IMG/VR virus record: IMGVR_UViG_3300035696_000007
Span: 108,010-172,009 of that record
Reading direction: 5' to 3' (one strand)
DNA length: 64,000 bases
Origin: a virus
Shown here piece by piece: positions 10,044 through 20,562 of the stretch. The notes below the pieces were generated by a model that saw only the letters and a list, made by a program, of their open reading frames with translations, had not been told where the DNA came from and made no database searches. A program made the translations under genes and the position numbers. Each line of letters starts with the position of its first letter. Within the stretch, counting starts at the first letter, position 1.

Positions 10044-10388
10044 TTAGAGTCCGATCTCCCGCAGCCACCGGCTGTACGCCATGACCGTCGCGTCGTGCGC
10101 CGCCCGCATCGCCTCCAGGTTGCCGGACTTGACGGCGCAGTGGAACTCCGCGTTGGCCTCGTTGAACTGGCGGAGCCAGAACTCACCCTGGACGCAGGCC
10201 TGCTCGCGCCCCACGCTGTAGCGCACGAGGCCGACGAGCGCCGCAGCGATCGCGATGTAGACGAGGCCGACGGGCAGCGAGACGCAGCTGTTCGCGACGC
10301 CCAGCCCCGTCGTGACGACCACCATCCCGACGGCCAGCCACTTGGAAAACCTAGCCGAGGCCGCGCTTGGACCCTTGATGATTTCCAT
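10044..10388 (-). CDS. membrane protein
   Basis: two TM helices. Confidence 0.65.
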   Translation of the reverse strand: MEIIKGPSAASARFSKWLAVGMVVVTTGLGVANSCVSLPVGLVYIAIAAALVGLVRYSVGREQACVQGEFWLRQFNEANAEFHCAVKSGNLEAMRAAHDATVMAYSRWLREIGL

Positions 10389-10471
10389 TGGAAAAAACCG
10401 CGGGCGGCGCAAGCCGCCCGCGGCTATGAATCCATCCACTCTCCAGCGCCGGGGGCGCTGGCAAACGAAAG

Positions 10472-10867
10472 TTAGGAGACAGGGGCGGACGCCACCTCGA
10501 CCGGCCCGGACACAGGCGAAGGCGCAGCCGAGTCGGGCTGGGCAACCACGGGGGCGACGGGCACTGGCGGCGGAGACCGGGGCGGCTTGACGGCGGGGGC
10601 CACGTAGGGGCGCTTGCGGACTTCGATGAAGCCGGAGGCGAGCAGGCTCTTCTTGTAGAAGGAGAGGACGCGGGTCGGCTTCTGCCGGGAGTTCCCGAGG
10701 TGCCTGGCCATCGCCGCGATCAGCTCGCGCCGGGTCAGGGGCCGGTGGTGGGTGCGGAGCACCGACACAATCATGCAGCCCTGCGGGGTGAGCTTGGACG
10801 GGTCAGCCGCCCGGAGCGCCCGAAAGGTGGCGACCATGCGTTGCGGTCTTTTGGCGGTTGTTTTCAT
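10472..10867 (-). CDS. putative winged-helix DNA-binding protein
   Basis: basic; PLTRRELIAAM...YKKSLLASGFIE; TGTTTACA and GTTCT motifs upstream. Confidence 0.6.
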   Translation of the reverse strand: MKTTAKRPQRMVATFRALRAADPSKLTPQGCMIVSVLRTHHRPLTRRELIAAMARHLGNSRQKPTRVLSFYKKSLLASGFIEVRKRPYVAPAVKPPRSPPPVPVAPVVAQPDSAAPSPVSGPVEVASAPVS

Positions 10868-10919
10868 AGTTTCACTGACAAGAACTGCTAGCACACCCAC
10901 GCGATGTTGTAAACATTTA

Positions 10920-11147
10920 TTACCAGAGGCCGAGCCTGTGGCCGAGCGCGCCCAGGATCATGGCCACGACGGACACCAGCATGGCCGCACTTATGACGTT
11001 GTCCCTGAGCCTCTCCCGCCGCTCGTTGCGCCGAAAGATCCTCTCCGTGTCCTCACGGACCCCGCCCATGACCCTCGCCCGCTGATCCTCGGTGAGCGAT
11101 GGCCCCTTCGAGCCTTCCGGCCCCTTGTCGTTCATAGCATTAAGCAT
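10920..11147 (-). CDS. small membrane protein
   Basis: C-terminal TM helix. Confidence 0.55.
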   Translation of the reverse strand: MLNAMNDKGPEGSKGPSLTEDQRARVMGGVREDTERIFRRNERRERLRDNVISAAMLVSVVAMILGALGHRLGLW

Positions 11148-11790
11148 GGGGAGGGGGAGCGGGCCACTTGTGCTTCCACCATGTAGAACTGGCCGTGGTG
11201 TCGTTCTGGCAAAAGACGTAGGGGGACCCCCTCTGCTTCCTCACGATGCCCTCCCAAAAGGGGAGGTTTTCGGACAGGTGGCGCAAGAAGGCCTCCGTGG
11301 GCGGGTTGAAGATCCACGCCGCCCCGACGGCCCGGCAGGCCTCCTCGGCGACCCTGGCCCGCTCGTCGGGGCCGGCCCGGAGGTAGGACGTCCCGCCGAC
11401 GGCGAGCGCCTCGAACGGGTAGAACAGGCCCTTGTAGACCTCGCCGTCGAAGCAGGAGCCGGGCGGCAGCTTAGCGAAGTCGGGGAGATTGGCGACCTTG
11501 TAGTGGTAGCGGCGTCCGTGCCGGTTCTGCACCAACAGGGCGATGCCGTCCACGACGACGGGGGAGAAGAAGCTGCGGTCGGCGTCCGACAGGGCCGAGG
11601 CCCGCACGGTGGCGACGCCAGCCCTGTCGCCGTTCAGCTTGGGCTGGAGGGTGTCGCCGTTGCCCTTGAACTCCAGCACCAGTTCGACGGCCCTCGCCGG
11701 GTCGGAGAGGGCGCGCCCCTCGGCGGGGCGCATGGGATAGAAAGGCACCGCGATGCCGGGCACCACTCTGACGCGGGTCGGGGGCATCAA
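11140..11790 (-). CDS. ATP-dependent ligase-like nucleotidyltransferase (adenylation domain only)
   Basis: motif I QPKLNGDR, III FDGEV, IV EGIVRK. Confidence 0.7.
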   Translation of the reverse strand: MMPPTRVRVVPGIAVPFYPMRPAEGRALSDPARAVELVLEFKGNGDTLQPKLNGDRAGVATVRASALSDADRSFFSPVVVDGIALLVQNRHGRRYHYKVANLPDFAKLPPGSCFDGEVYKGLFYPFEALAVGGTSYLRAGPDERARVAEEACRAVGAAWIFNPPTEAFLRHLSENLPFWEGIVRKQRGSPYVFCQNDTTASSTWWKHKWPAPPPHA

Positions 11791-12032
11791 TCGGCCCTCG
11801 GCGTAGCCCCACCCAACGCCAAATCGACGTTGAGTGAAAGACAGACAAGAGCGCCGTCCTCAGCATTGGTCTGAGACATGCCACAGACGTTGAAGGAACC
11901 AACGTGACCAGTGCCACGCAAAGCCCGGCGAACACGCTCCAAGTCTTCTAGCAGATGGACACGCTCCTCAGGGGTACCAGCCTCTATGTAAAGGCTGGGC
12001 ACGTTATCATGGACAACAACCTGAAGGTGCAT
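11787..12032 (-). CDS. hypothetical protein
   Basis: short, lower-GC ORF in operon. Confidence 0.45.
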   Translation of the reverse strand: MHLQVVVHDNVPSLYIEAGTPEERVHLLEDLERVRRALRGTGHVGSFNVCGMSQTNAEDGALVCLSLNVDLALGGATPRAD

Positions 12033-12033
12033 G

Positions 12034-12696
12034 TTACTCGACGGTGGCGGTGATGGTGTTCTTGACGACCTCGGTCACCTTCTCTTGGTCGCCCACCTTG
12101 GGGAAGGCCGCCCAGCGGGTCTGATGGAACCCCTCGCGGACGGTGACTTTTTCGAAAGTGCTGAGCGGGCACGCGGTGCCTTCGGGGAGGTAGCCACGCT
12201 TGATAAGCTCGGCGGTGACGGTCTCGGCGGACTTCCGGTAGGCGTCGTAGATGCGCTTGCTGAACTCGCCCTTGTCCTCCCCGACCTTGGAGACGAACAC
12301 GGCGTCGTCGAACTTCGCACCCGCCCTCTGCTGGACGTAGTCGTTAATGTCCTTGCCGAGGGACTTCATCAGTTCGTCGACGGCCTCGACGTTAGCGATG
12401 ATGGAGTAGCGGTCTTGAAAGCTGACCCGCACCGAAGTGCCCTCCCTGTCCGTGAGACGCACCGTCGCGACGGGCTTCATCGGCTCGGCGATGTTGTGGA
12501 TGAAGAGGCGGTGGGTGGCGTCGGCCTTGATGGTCGGCTCCAGTTCGGCGATCTCGGCCTCGGCGGCGCGCTTCGCGCGGATGGCCTCGGCGTAGCGGCG
12601 GAGCCCGTCATTCTCGATGACGAAGCTGGGGACGTCGGTACCGTTCTTGGCGCCGGCGGTGGTGGAGGTCTTGAGGGCAACTGTCTTGAGTGGCAT
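12034..12696 (-). CDS. hypothetical protein
   Basis: strong codon bias; sigma70-like TTTACA..CATACT upstream. Confidence 0.75.
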   Translation of the reverse strand: MPLKTVALKTSTTAGAKNGTDVPSFVIENDGLRRYAEAIRAKRAAEAEIAELEPTIKADATHRLFIHNIAEPMKPVATVRLTDREGTSVRVSFQDRYSIIANVEAVDELMKSLGKDINDYVQQRAGAKFDDAVFVSKVGEDKGEFSKRIYDAYRKSAETVTAELIKRGYLPEGTACPLSTFEKVTVREGFHQTRWAAFPKVGDQEKVTEVVKNTITATVE

Positions 12697-12844
12697 GGGA
12701 GGGTGGATTGGATTTTGTTTTGGTGAGTTCTAAACTATGCCCGGAGTATGGGGGTTCCGGCCCCGGTTGTAAACAAAAAAATGTCATAAACTTTTTGCTT
12801 GCAACCCCGGCCCGCTTCCCCCAGCCTCCCAGGAGTCACCCGCC

Positions 12845-13735
12845 ATGCCCCGCTTCGTAAAAAACCTCAACTACGGCCTCATAAAGGACATAGACCTCCA
12901 GAAGATGAGCCGCATCGCGCCCATCATCGCGAACGTGGGCGCACAGGCGTTCACCGAACTGCTGCTGATGCACCTCCACGCCCGCGTGGGCATGACCTTC
13001 ATCATCCAGAAGAAGGTGACGGACGACCTTAGGCTGACGGACTTCCACGAGGGCCGGTTCGAGGACCTGACGTGGCCGAGCACGACCATCGAGTTCAACT
13101 TCGAGGACCCGGCCCTCGGCACGCTGCTCGCGGGGAAGCTCACGCGGCAGCAGGTGCTGGAGGCGTCCGAGCGGCTGAACGTGACGCTGCGCGGCTACAC
13201 CGCCGCGCCCGACCACGACCACCAGCTCATCATGGTGTGCCAGGCCTCCGACGGGAGCGGCTCCTGCGTGATGGTCCACGACGAGCACACGTGGCCGCGG
13301 CTGATGGCGGGCGAGGAAGTCGAGAGCATGACGCCCACCGGCCCCGGCGACGGGCGCATGGAGAAGGCGGAGTCGGCCGAGATGATCGACCTCGCGAAGC
13401 TCTGCATGAAGGTGCTGGCCTACTCCTCGATCCCGCAGTTCAAGCCGGCGCCTGTGACCCGCCACCAGCTGCACTACGGCGAGGGCAAGCCGGGCGTCCG
13501 GGGCCGGCCGAACCGCCCGACCTTCCGCGTCATCTACCTCCCGCACGTCATCCACGTCGGCGAGCGCAAGCCGTCCGAGCCGACCGGCATCCACCGCGAG
13601 TTCAAGGGGCGGCGCGGGCACCTGCGCTACTTCCACAGCGACTACTTCGTGAACGTGAAGGGCCAGTGGAAGTACATCGCGCCCGTCGAGGTCGAGGGCG
13701 TCGAGCGCACCATCGCCATAGTGAGGGAGCCGTAG
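12845..13735 (+). CDS. hypothetical phage protein
   Basis: AGGAG RBS; C-terminal RRGHLR...WKYIAP motif typical of a phage family. Confidence 0.75.
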   Translation: MPRFVKNLNYGLIKDIDLQKMSRIAPIIANVGAQAFTELLLMHLHARVGMTFIIQKKVTDDLRLTDFHEGRFEDLTWPSTTIEFNFEDPALGTLLAGKLTRQQVLEASERLNVTLRGYTAAPDHDHQLIMVCQASDGSGSCVMVHDEHTWPRLMAGEEVESMTPTGPGDGRMEKAESAEMIDLAKLCMKVLAYSSIPQFKPAPVTRHQLHYGEGKPGVRGRPNRPTFRVIYLPHVIHVGERKPSEPTGIHREFKGRRGHLRYFHSDYFVNVKGQWKYIAPVEVEGVERTIAIVREP

Positions 13736-13737
13736 CG

Positions 13738-13947
13738 ATGTCGCGCTCCCACAGGAACTGGCCCGGCGGAATCCACCGCTGCTCGAAGTGCGGAAAGGAG
13801 TACAAGCAGGGGGCGAGCCTCGCCGCCCACATCATCGCCGGGTGCACGCCGAAGAAGCCCCGGCGCTCCCGCTACCCGAAGCACTACCAAGACTTCCTAG
13901 ACCGGCGCGCCGAAGCCGAAGCCGCCAGCCTGCCAAAAACTTTATGA
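13738..13947 (+). CDS. small zinc-finger protein (C2HC)
   Basis: CSKCGKEYKQGASLAAHIIAGC. Confidence 0.6.
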   Translation: MSRSHRNWPGGIHRCSKCGKEYKQGASLAAHIIAGCTPKKPRRSRYPKHYQDFLDRRAEAEAASLPKTL

Positions 13948-14591
13948 AACCAACCCCCAAACTACTCACAACGGGCGTGTTCATGTGGCACGCCGAGGAA
14001 CGCAGGAGCAACCGCTACGGCGCCTTCTACCCGGCGACCGAGAGCTACTCCGGCGAAATGACGAAGCTCCGCCGGATCGACCAGGGCGCGGTCAAGGGCT
14101 TCGACGGCAAGCGCGTCAGGATGTTCGCCGTCGTCGTGGAGAGCCGCCCGAGCGGCCACCTCGGCGATTTCTTCCTCGGCCTCAGGCCGAACCCGGCGCC
14201 GGTCGGCGCCACCGTCGAGATCGGCGTGGGCACGCTGCGCGTGACCAAGAACCCCGAAATCGGCGACACGCCCATCTTCGAGCTGCACCCGGACGACGGC
14301 CGGCGAGAGTTCTGGTGCGACCCGCGCAACTTCTACAAGCTCCACGACCAGACGGTGGAGTTCTACGCCGCAAGGACGAAGGCCGCCGCGCCGCCCGCCT
14401 ACCAGGGCAGCCGGGATGAGGACGAGGCCATCGTCATTGGGACAGACCCGGCAGGAGCCGACCTCCAGGTGAAGACGAGATCGAAATCTTTCAGGATACC
14501 TGGCACCATCGCCAACATGGGCGGCGGCACGTTCATCGTCAGGGCGCCCGTCCTGTCGGAGGGTTCCCGCCACAAACTCGCACCCGAATGA
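13944..14591 (+). CDS. hypothetical protein
   Basis: ORF coupled to upstream gene. Confidence 0.7.
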   Translation: MKPTPKLLTTGVFMWHAEERRSNRYGAFYPATESYSGEMTKLRRIDQGAVKGFDGKRVRMFAVVVESRPSGHLGDFFLGLRPNPAPVGATVEIGVGTLRVTKNPEIGDTPIFELHPDDGRREFWCDPRNFYKLHDQTVEFYAARTKAAAPPAYQGSRDEDEAIVIGTDPAGADLQVKTRSKSFRIPGTIANMGGGTFIVRAPVLSEGSRHKLAPE

Positions 14592-14643
14592 CACACAGAT
14601 TTCGCTTGCATTGAAGGTAGGGCTATACTTAGGTGGGTTACTT

Positions 14644-14961
14644 ATGAACTACATCCCACCAGAAGATGCAAACTCCCCCAAAGAACACTTGTTCTTGATC
14701 AAAGTTCTCGTTCACGGTTCCGAGGACACCCTGGCTCTCGCCCTCATAAAATACGACGACACCTTTACGCTCGGTCTCCGCTGGAACGGCGACAAGGACA
14801 GGCCAGCCGGGTACCCACAATCCTACGGCCATCCCAGTTGGTTCGTTGTCGAAGAGGGGTTTTTCGCCGAGCAGATTGTCAGCGGCCTGAAGCCCGTAGA
14901 CCAGGCCTTCGTGCGCAACTTTATCGCGAAGCCGAAAGTACCGCCGCCCTGCCCGGACTGA
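14644..14961 (+). CDS. hypothetical protein
   Basis: lower GC; LGLRWNG..GYPQSYGHPSWF. Confidence 0.65.
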   Translation: MNYIPPEDANSPKEHLFLIKVLVHGSEDTLALALIKYDDTFTLGLRWNGDKDRPAGYPQSYGHPSWFVVEEGFFAEQIVSGLKPVDQAFVRNFIAKPKVPPPCPD

Positions 14962-17900
14962 TCACTGGAAGGTGTAGGTGGCGGTGGCGCGCGGACTCGG
15001 AGCCACGCCGCTCAGGAAGGCCCGGGCGTTGAGCGTGACCGAGTAGCCGGGGTTGTAGGGCACGTTGACGGCGCCGCCGTAGGGCAGGCCCGAGTCGATT
15101 GACTGCGGGTCGGTGCCGTCGAGCGTGTAGCGGATGGTGACGTTCGCGTCGGGCGACGAGATGACGACGGCCACGCCCTGCGAATAGATGCCGGAGCTGA
15201 CGCTGAGGCCGATCTGCTTGAGCCCCGTGGCATAGACGATGCAAGGCGCGACCGAGACCTGCATGGAGGCGCCGAACTGGTCGTAGACGGTGACCAGCCC
15301 GTCGATCGAGGCGCCGACCGGGGCGACCGTGCCGCTCGTGTCGACGTCCACGTTACCGCCCCAGAGGGTCTCGCCGATGGAAGTGAAGTCCCAGCGGTAG
15401 TTGACGGTGTCACCCTGGGCGTCGATGGCGTAGGCGGCGAACGAAGCCAGCTGGCCGACCGCCACGCCGGGGTTGACGGGGTAGGCCCACTGGATGACCG
15501 GGGCGGTGTTCATCACCAGCTCGACGATGCCGTTGGCGGTGGCGGAATAGCCCATTTCGTCGGTCACGGTCGCGCTGAACAGGCCCTGCCCGCCGGCAGG
15601 GATGAGGCCGACGACCTTGGTCAGGGTGGCGTAGTAGGTGTTGCCGTAGCCTCCGATCGGGGTGAGGATGGCGGCCGCCGTGGTGGCGTCCCAGAAGGAG
15701 AAGACGACGCTGGCGATGCCGCGCTCGTCCGGGTCGCTGACGATGGCGGAGAAGACGAGGTCCTGGGTCAGGTTCACGCCGGCCCTGGCCGTCGCCGGGT
15801 ACTCGCAGAGGGAGATCGTGGGCGGCTGGTTCGGCGCCCCGAAGAGCGGGATCGTGCCGGTCGTGGTGAGCCCCGCCGAGTTGGCCACGGTGACCGACAC
15901 GGTCTGCGGCTCGGAGACCTGGTAGCCAGCGATCTCCTCCGTCGTGCCGATGACCGTGGAACCCGACATCCAGAGGTAGGTCAGCGGCAGGCCGCCCGGG
16001 TCGGCCGCGAAGGCCGTAAGGTTGGTCGTGTAGGGCAGCGGCTGGTTGTTGACCGAGGCGACGATGAGCTGGAGCGACGGCGGCGCGACGACGCTGATCG
16101 CCTCCGAGACGCTGGCCCACTGGCCCATGTCGTCGACGGCGGTCACGGTGGCGATCGTATCGCCTCCCTGCGCGAAGGTCACGGAGGCCTGCGGCAGCCG
16201 CGTGGACACGGTGCCCGTGCCAGGGACGACCCAGACGTAGCCCAGGTTGGTGCCGGTCCCGTTGACGCTCAACTCCACGGTCTCGCCGACGTAGTAGGGC
16301 GGCGAGACGCTTATCGCGAAGTCGGAAAGAACCGGGACTTCGGGCGCCGGAACGTCGGGCAGCGCCACCGGATTGAGCACGGCCAGATCGTCGGTTCTCC
16401 TGGCCGTCGAGCCGGTGGTCGTGTTCGAGACCGGCCACCGGGAGTTGTCATAAGCGTCCTGGCCAAGGGTGGCCGAGTAAATCGTGGACTCGTGGGAAAG
16501 CGACACGATGGTGCCGTAGCTGTTGAGTGCCCCGACCCACGCCCCGGCCGGCAGGGACACCGGTGAGGCGGCGCTGGTGGAGACGGGGGTGAGGACGAAA
16601 TCCGGCGGCGAAAGGGTGACCTGATAGAGCACCGGGGCGAGCTTGCGGATCTCGTAGCCATAGACGGCGAGCTGGCGCACCTGGCCGCGGCTCGGCACGC
16701 TGGCCTCGTTGGCCCATGTGAAGGTGAGCACCCAAGGCCCGGACAGGTTGGAGGCCAGGGTGAAGTCGACGGACGTCAAGCCCCGCGGGTTCAAGCCGGC
16801 GCCGTCCGGCAGGAGCGTCGCTGTGAAGACCGTCGCCGCGCCGCTGGAGCCTTGGAGCTGGATGCTGACCTCGAACCCCGCGAAGTCGTCGTCCACGACG
16901 CCGATGTTGCCGGCGTCGACGGTGATGCGGTAGTACCCGGCGACCAGGGCGTCCGGGACCTCGAAGGACAGGTCGCCGTTGTACGGCAAGGCCGCCACCC
17001 CAAGGGCCGTCCCGAAGCTGTTGGCGTTCAGCCAAACCGAGAAGGCGTTCGGCTGGTCCGACCAGACCTGCGACTGATTGTAAATGAAGAGGGGCGGCGT
17101 GGCGACAGTCCCGGCCCAGGGGGCCACGTAGACGACGCCCGTCGTGCCCATGCCCGCCACGGAAAGACGGTTGCCCGAAACGGCCAGGAGCGAGACGGCA
17201 TCGGTGGGCTCGTCGTAGCCCATGAGATCCGGGCCGACGATGGCCTCCTCGGCGGCGGGCCTGGAACGCAGAGGCAGCGATACCGTGAACTCCGGCCCGG
17301 AACCCGTGTTGTCCAAACCGACCTCATAGACCGTCGTGCCGTCGCCAGCCAGGATGTAGGCCCGGTCCTGGGCCGCGTTGAAGTTCGGCAAAGCCGCGAC
17401 CGTGCCGGCCCACGCCTGGCCCACGAGCGTGCCCGCGTAGGCATAGGTTTCGCCCGGCAGCACACCGGTCGTCCCGGCGAGCACGACCTTGCCCGCGCCC
17501 TCGATCTCCGGGCCCTGCAGGCCGAGCGGGAAAAGCGGGGGCACGACTTGGGCGCCGCCGAGCCCGACCAGCTTGAACTCGTCATCCCCGTCGAACTGGC
17601 CAGTGGCGTCGTACCGGCCCACGTAACCCTGATCCAGGGCCTCGGTGGTGGGCCGGGTGGCCGCGTTGGTGCCCGCGGCGGGCACCACGAAGCCGGAATC
17701 GAGGATGGCAAGGCCGTACCGGTCACCCCGCACGGAACTGACGTAGGGAAGCCCCTCGACCGTCTCAAGCGGGGTGAACGCCGGGTTGCGCACCACGGCG
17801 AGATCCGAGCCGAGCTTGATCGAGGCCCAAAGACTGAAATCCTGGAGGTAGGAGAGGCCTTCGGTGCCGTAGATAATGGCCTGCGAGGGGGTAGTCGGGT

Positions 17901-20562
17901 CGAAGATCCCAGCGGCCGACACCGTGACCGGAGACAGCGCCGGGTCAGCCGCGCCAAGCGTGAGCAAGGAAGTGGAGAGGCTGACGAACACATAGGCCTG
18001 CGCGCCAGCAAAGGGCACCCAGCCCGTTGACACGGCGGTGCCATTGGACTGCACGGCCATGGCCGAGAACCCGGAGGACCCGACGTACAGCGACACGGGG
18101 CCGAGCAGGGCAAACGTCTCCGCGATGGGCTGGAGCTGGCCCTGCTGGACGTAAAGCCCCGCCGTGAACCCGTCGTCGCCGATGGCTCTCGAAGCCGTCG
18201 AAGTCAGGTCAACGCCCACCGGCAGCGAAAGGCCCCACCCGCGGAAGGGGTCCCACACCCGGTGCGACGGCATGAGCTGCGGCGCAACCGGGTCAGGATA
18301 AGCCGTGACGTCCTCCACGACCAGCGCACTGTCAGGGTGCTCGGCCATCGGCCACCAGGCCGTGAGGTCGTCGTACCTCGCCGGAACCCAACATTGGGCG
18401 GCGATCAGGAGCTCCTCCGAGACAAGGCGGACTTCCGCGAGGCCCCCACCGCCGAGGACGCCAAGGCCCAGGCGGACCGGGGCGGACGCCTCCGGCTCGT
18501 CCAAGGCGACTGCTCGGACGCGATAGGGCTTCACCGAATAATTGAGATCGAGCACGCGCAGGCCGTACGCCACCCCAGCGTCGTCCACCACGCGCGCTTC
18601 GGGGCCGATCAGGGTGGGCATCGGGTCCGCCCCGAACGGCATAAAGTAGTCTGGGGAGACCACCTCACCCCCGGCCCTGAGCAGCCGCCGCCAGGGGTAC
18701 TCGTCCTGGGTCTCGTAGTCCCAGTCGACGCAGTTGACGCTCCCGTTCAGGTCCACGCCGACGTAGGCGAAGGTGCCGGTCACGTCGACGACCGCCTCCG
18801 GCCGCGCCTCGTAGCTGACGGACATCCCGGCCGGCGGCTCCGGCCTGATCGTGCCGCTATCGGCGACAACCCATTCGGCGACGACCGTGCCGGCGAACGC
18901 GGGGCCGGCGGCGATCCCAAACTCGCCCGCGCTGAAGTCGTACCAGCCGGACACGACGTCGCCCGTGACGCTGCCGCCGAAGTAATAGACGCTCCCGATT
19001 TGCTCGGTGGAGAGGGGGGTGGAGGAGTCGCCGAGCACAACAGAGAACTCGGCCGCGTAGTCGCCGAACGGCGCCTGCGGGAACAGAAGCGTCCCGAAGA
19101 AGGTGCCGGACCCGCCGCCGGTGAGAAAGTCGTAGGCCGGGTACGGGGCGTAGGCCGCCGCATCCCTCCCAAGCAGCCCGGAGGTCTTGCGGCGGGGGAG
19201 CCGGGTGGCCGCCCTCACATCCTCAAGATAGCCGAATGTCCTCGTCGCATCCGACTGGAGCGTGACCGCGTCCACCTGAGGCGTCCCGGCCGCCGCCTGG
19301 GTGACCGGCACCGGCGCGACTGTGCCCGCCAAAACGACCTTCTCCGGCCAGAGCGTGACCGCGGGCTCGGGCTGCCAACCGTTCGCCCACGGGCGCCACG
19401 GGGCCGGGGCAGTCCCCGCCGGGGTCACAAGGTCCGGGTTGGCCTCCAGATCGGTGTTTGGGATGGCCGCGATGGTGCCGGGGTCGAGGCTGAACACGCC
19501 GAGGTCGAAATAGCTTGTGCGGTACTTGATGCTGGACAGCGCCCCGAAGCACGAAAGCGTGCGCCAGGTGCCGGAGCCGGCCACAACGATGGGCAGGCCG
19601 TTGAAGCTGTCGCCAGGGACGAGCGCCTGGGCGAGCAACCCGGAGACCACGGTACCGCTGTCGAGGGCCACGCTGGCGACAAGCGCCGGGGCGCCGCCGG
19701 CCAGCGGATAGGAGCCGGGCACCGGATTGACGACGCTGCCCGCCGTCTGGACGAGCCTGAAGAAGGGGTTGGCGCCATTAACCGCCGTGAGGTAGAATGA
19801 GTCGCTGGTCCCGTCCGCCACCAGGGCCGGGCTGGCGTACTGGTAGAAGGCACCGTCGGTGAAGTCCTGCGGGTCGTAGTTGCCTTCCGGGTCCGGGAGG
19901 GTCGGCGTCGGGAAATAGTCCGGCACGGCCGCGAAGTCCCTGTCGTTGGCCGGGCTGCCGATGTCCAAGGCCTCGCGCGGCGAGAGCCTGCCCCACAGGG
20001 GCGTCATGGCGGCGTCACCGAAGCCCGACAGCTTGGCCACGGTAGCGAAGCTCTGGGCAGTGCCCTTGGTCTTGAGGCGCGGGAAGTAGGTGGCCATGGC
20101 CCGCTGCTGCCGGGCGGCGGCCTCCGCCGCCGTGTCGGTCGCCGGCCCGGAGTAGAGGGTCGCCCCCAGGCTCCGGGCGAGGAACTGAACCGTGTCAACG
20201 CCCACCTGCCGCAAGAGGTCGGTGCCGACGGTGACGGCGGTCACCTGCGACGGGTCGACGTCCATCTGCGCCGCGGCCCAGGCGAGGAGGGCCACCGGGT
20301 CGTCCACGGGCGTGTCGGGCAGGACGTCGAGCGTGCGCGTGATGAGATTGCCCGCGTCGCCGACATAGGTGGCGAACACGCAGGTGAGGGGCGCGGGGGC
20401 GGGCTGGTTGAGGTTCTCGAACCAGCCGACCAGCGACCTGAGGTCGGCGATCCTATCCTGGTACCCGCCGACGACCGCCTGGATCAACTTGCGCACGTCC
20501 AGGTCGACGATGAACTGCGGCAGGTCGTCGTAGAGATACGATTCTGGCAAATTGGCTAGCAT
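14962..20562 (-). CDS. giant virion structural protein (baseplate/tail-type N-terminus, PKD/Ig repeats, FN3-associated C-terminus)
   Basis: ~1866 aa, very acidic and beta-rich; LKTKGT baseplate-like motif; IRYTLDGTDP C-terminal domain. Confidence 0.75.
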   Translation of the reverse strand: MLANLPESYLYDDLPQFIVDLDVRKLIQAVVGGYQDRIADLRSLVGWFENLNQPAPAPLTCVFATYVGDAGNLITRTLDVLPDTPVDDPVALLAWAAAQMDVDPSQVTAVTVGTDLLRQVGVDTVQFLARSLGATLYSGPATDTAAEAAARQQRAMATYFPRLKTKGTAQSFATVAKLSGFGDAAMTPLWGRLSPREALDIGSPANDRDFAAVPDYFPTPTLPDPEGNYDPQDFTDGAFYQYASPALVADGTSDSFYLTAVNGANPFFRLVQTAGSVVNPVPGSYPLAGGAPALVASVALDSGTVVSGLLAQALVPGDSFNGLPIVVAGSGTWRTLSCFGALSSIKYRTSYFDLGVFSLDPGTIAAIPNTDLEANPDLVTPAGTAPAPWRPWANGWQPEPAVTLWPEKVVLAGTVAPVPVTQAAAGTPQVDAVTLQSDATRTFGYLEDVRAATRLPRRKTSGLLGRDAAAYAPYPAYDFLTGGGSGTFFGTLLFPQAPFGDYAAEFSVVLGDSSTPLSTEQIGSVYYFGGSVTGDVVSGWYDFSAGEFGIAAGPAFAGTVVAEWVVADSGTIRPEPPAGMSVSYEARPEAVVDVTGTFAYVGVDLNGSVNCVDWDYETQDEYPWRRLLRAGGEVVSPDYFMPFGADPMPTLIGPEARVVDDAGVAYGLRVLDLNYSVKPYRVRAVALDEPEASAPVRLGLGVLGGGGLAEVRLVSEELLIAAQCWVPARYDDLTAWWPMAEHPDSALVVEDVTAYPDPVAPQLMPSHRVWDPFRGWGLSLPVGVDLTSTASRAIGDDGFTAGLYVQQGQLQPIAETFALLGPVSLYVGSSGFSAMAVQSNGTAVSTGWVPFAGAQAYVFVSLSTSLLTLGAADPALSPVTVSAAGIFDPTTPSQAIIYGTEGLSYLQDFSLWASIKLGSDLAVVRNPAFTPLETVEGLPYVSSVRGDRYGLAILDSGFVVPAAGTNAATRPTTEALDQGYVGRYDATGQFDGDDEFKLVGLGGAQVVPPLFPLGLQGPEIEGAGKVVLAGTTGVLPGETYAYAGTLVGQAWAGTVAALPNFNAAQDRAYILAGDGTTVYEVGLDNTGSGPEFTVSLPLRSRPAAEEAIVGPDLMGYDEPTDAVSLLAVSGNRLSVAGMGTTGVVYVAPWAGTVATPPLFIYNQSQVWSDQPNAFSVWLNANSFGTALGVAALPYNGDLSFEVPDALVAGYYRITVDAGNIGVVDDDFAGFEVSIQLQGSSGAATVFTATLLPDGAGLNPRGLTSVDFTLASNLSGPWVLTFTWANEASVPSRGQVRQLAVYGYEIRKLAPVLYQVTLSPPDFVLTPVSTSAASPVSLPAGAWVGALNSYGTIVSLSHESTIYSATLGQDAYDNSRWPVSNTTTGSTARRTDDLAVLNPVALPDVPAPEVPVLSDFAISVSPPYYVGETVELSVNGTGTNLGYVWVVPGTGTVSTRLPQASVTFAQGGDTIATVTAVDDMGQWASVSEAISVVAPPSLQLIVASVNNQPLPYTTNLTAFAADPGGLPLTYLWMSGSTVIGTTEEIAGYQVSEPQTVSVTVANSAGLTTTGTIPLFGAPNQPPTISLCEYPATARAGVNLTQDLVFSAIVSDPDERGIASVVFSFWDATTAAAILTPIGGYGNTYYATLTKVVGLIPAGGQGLFSATVTDEMGYSATANGIVELVMNTAPVIQWAYPVNPGVAVGQLASFAAYAIDAQGDTVNYRWDFTSIGETLWGGNVDVDTSGTVAPVGASIDGLVTVYDQFGASMQVSVAPCIVYATGLKQIGLSVSSGIYSQGVAVVISSPDANVTIRYTLDGTDPQSIDSGLPYGGAVNVPYNPGYSVTLNARAFLSGVAPSPRATATYTFQ

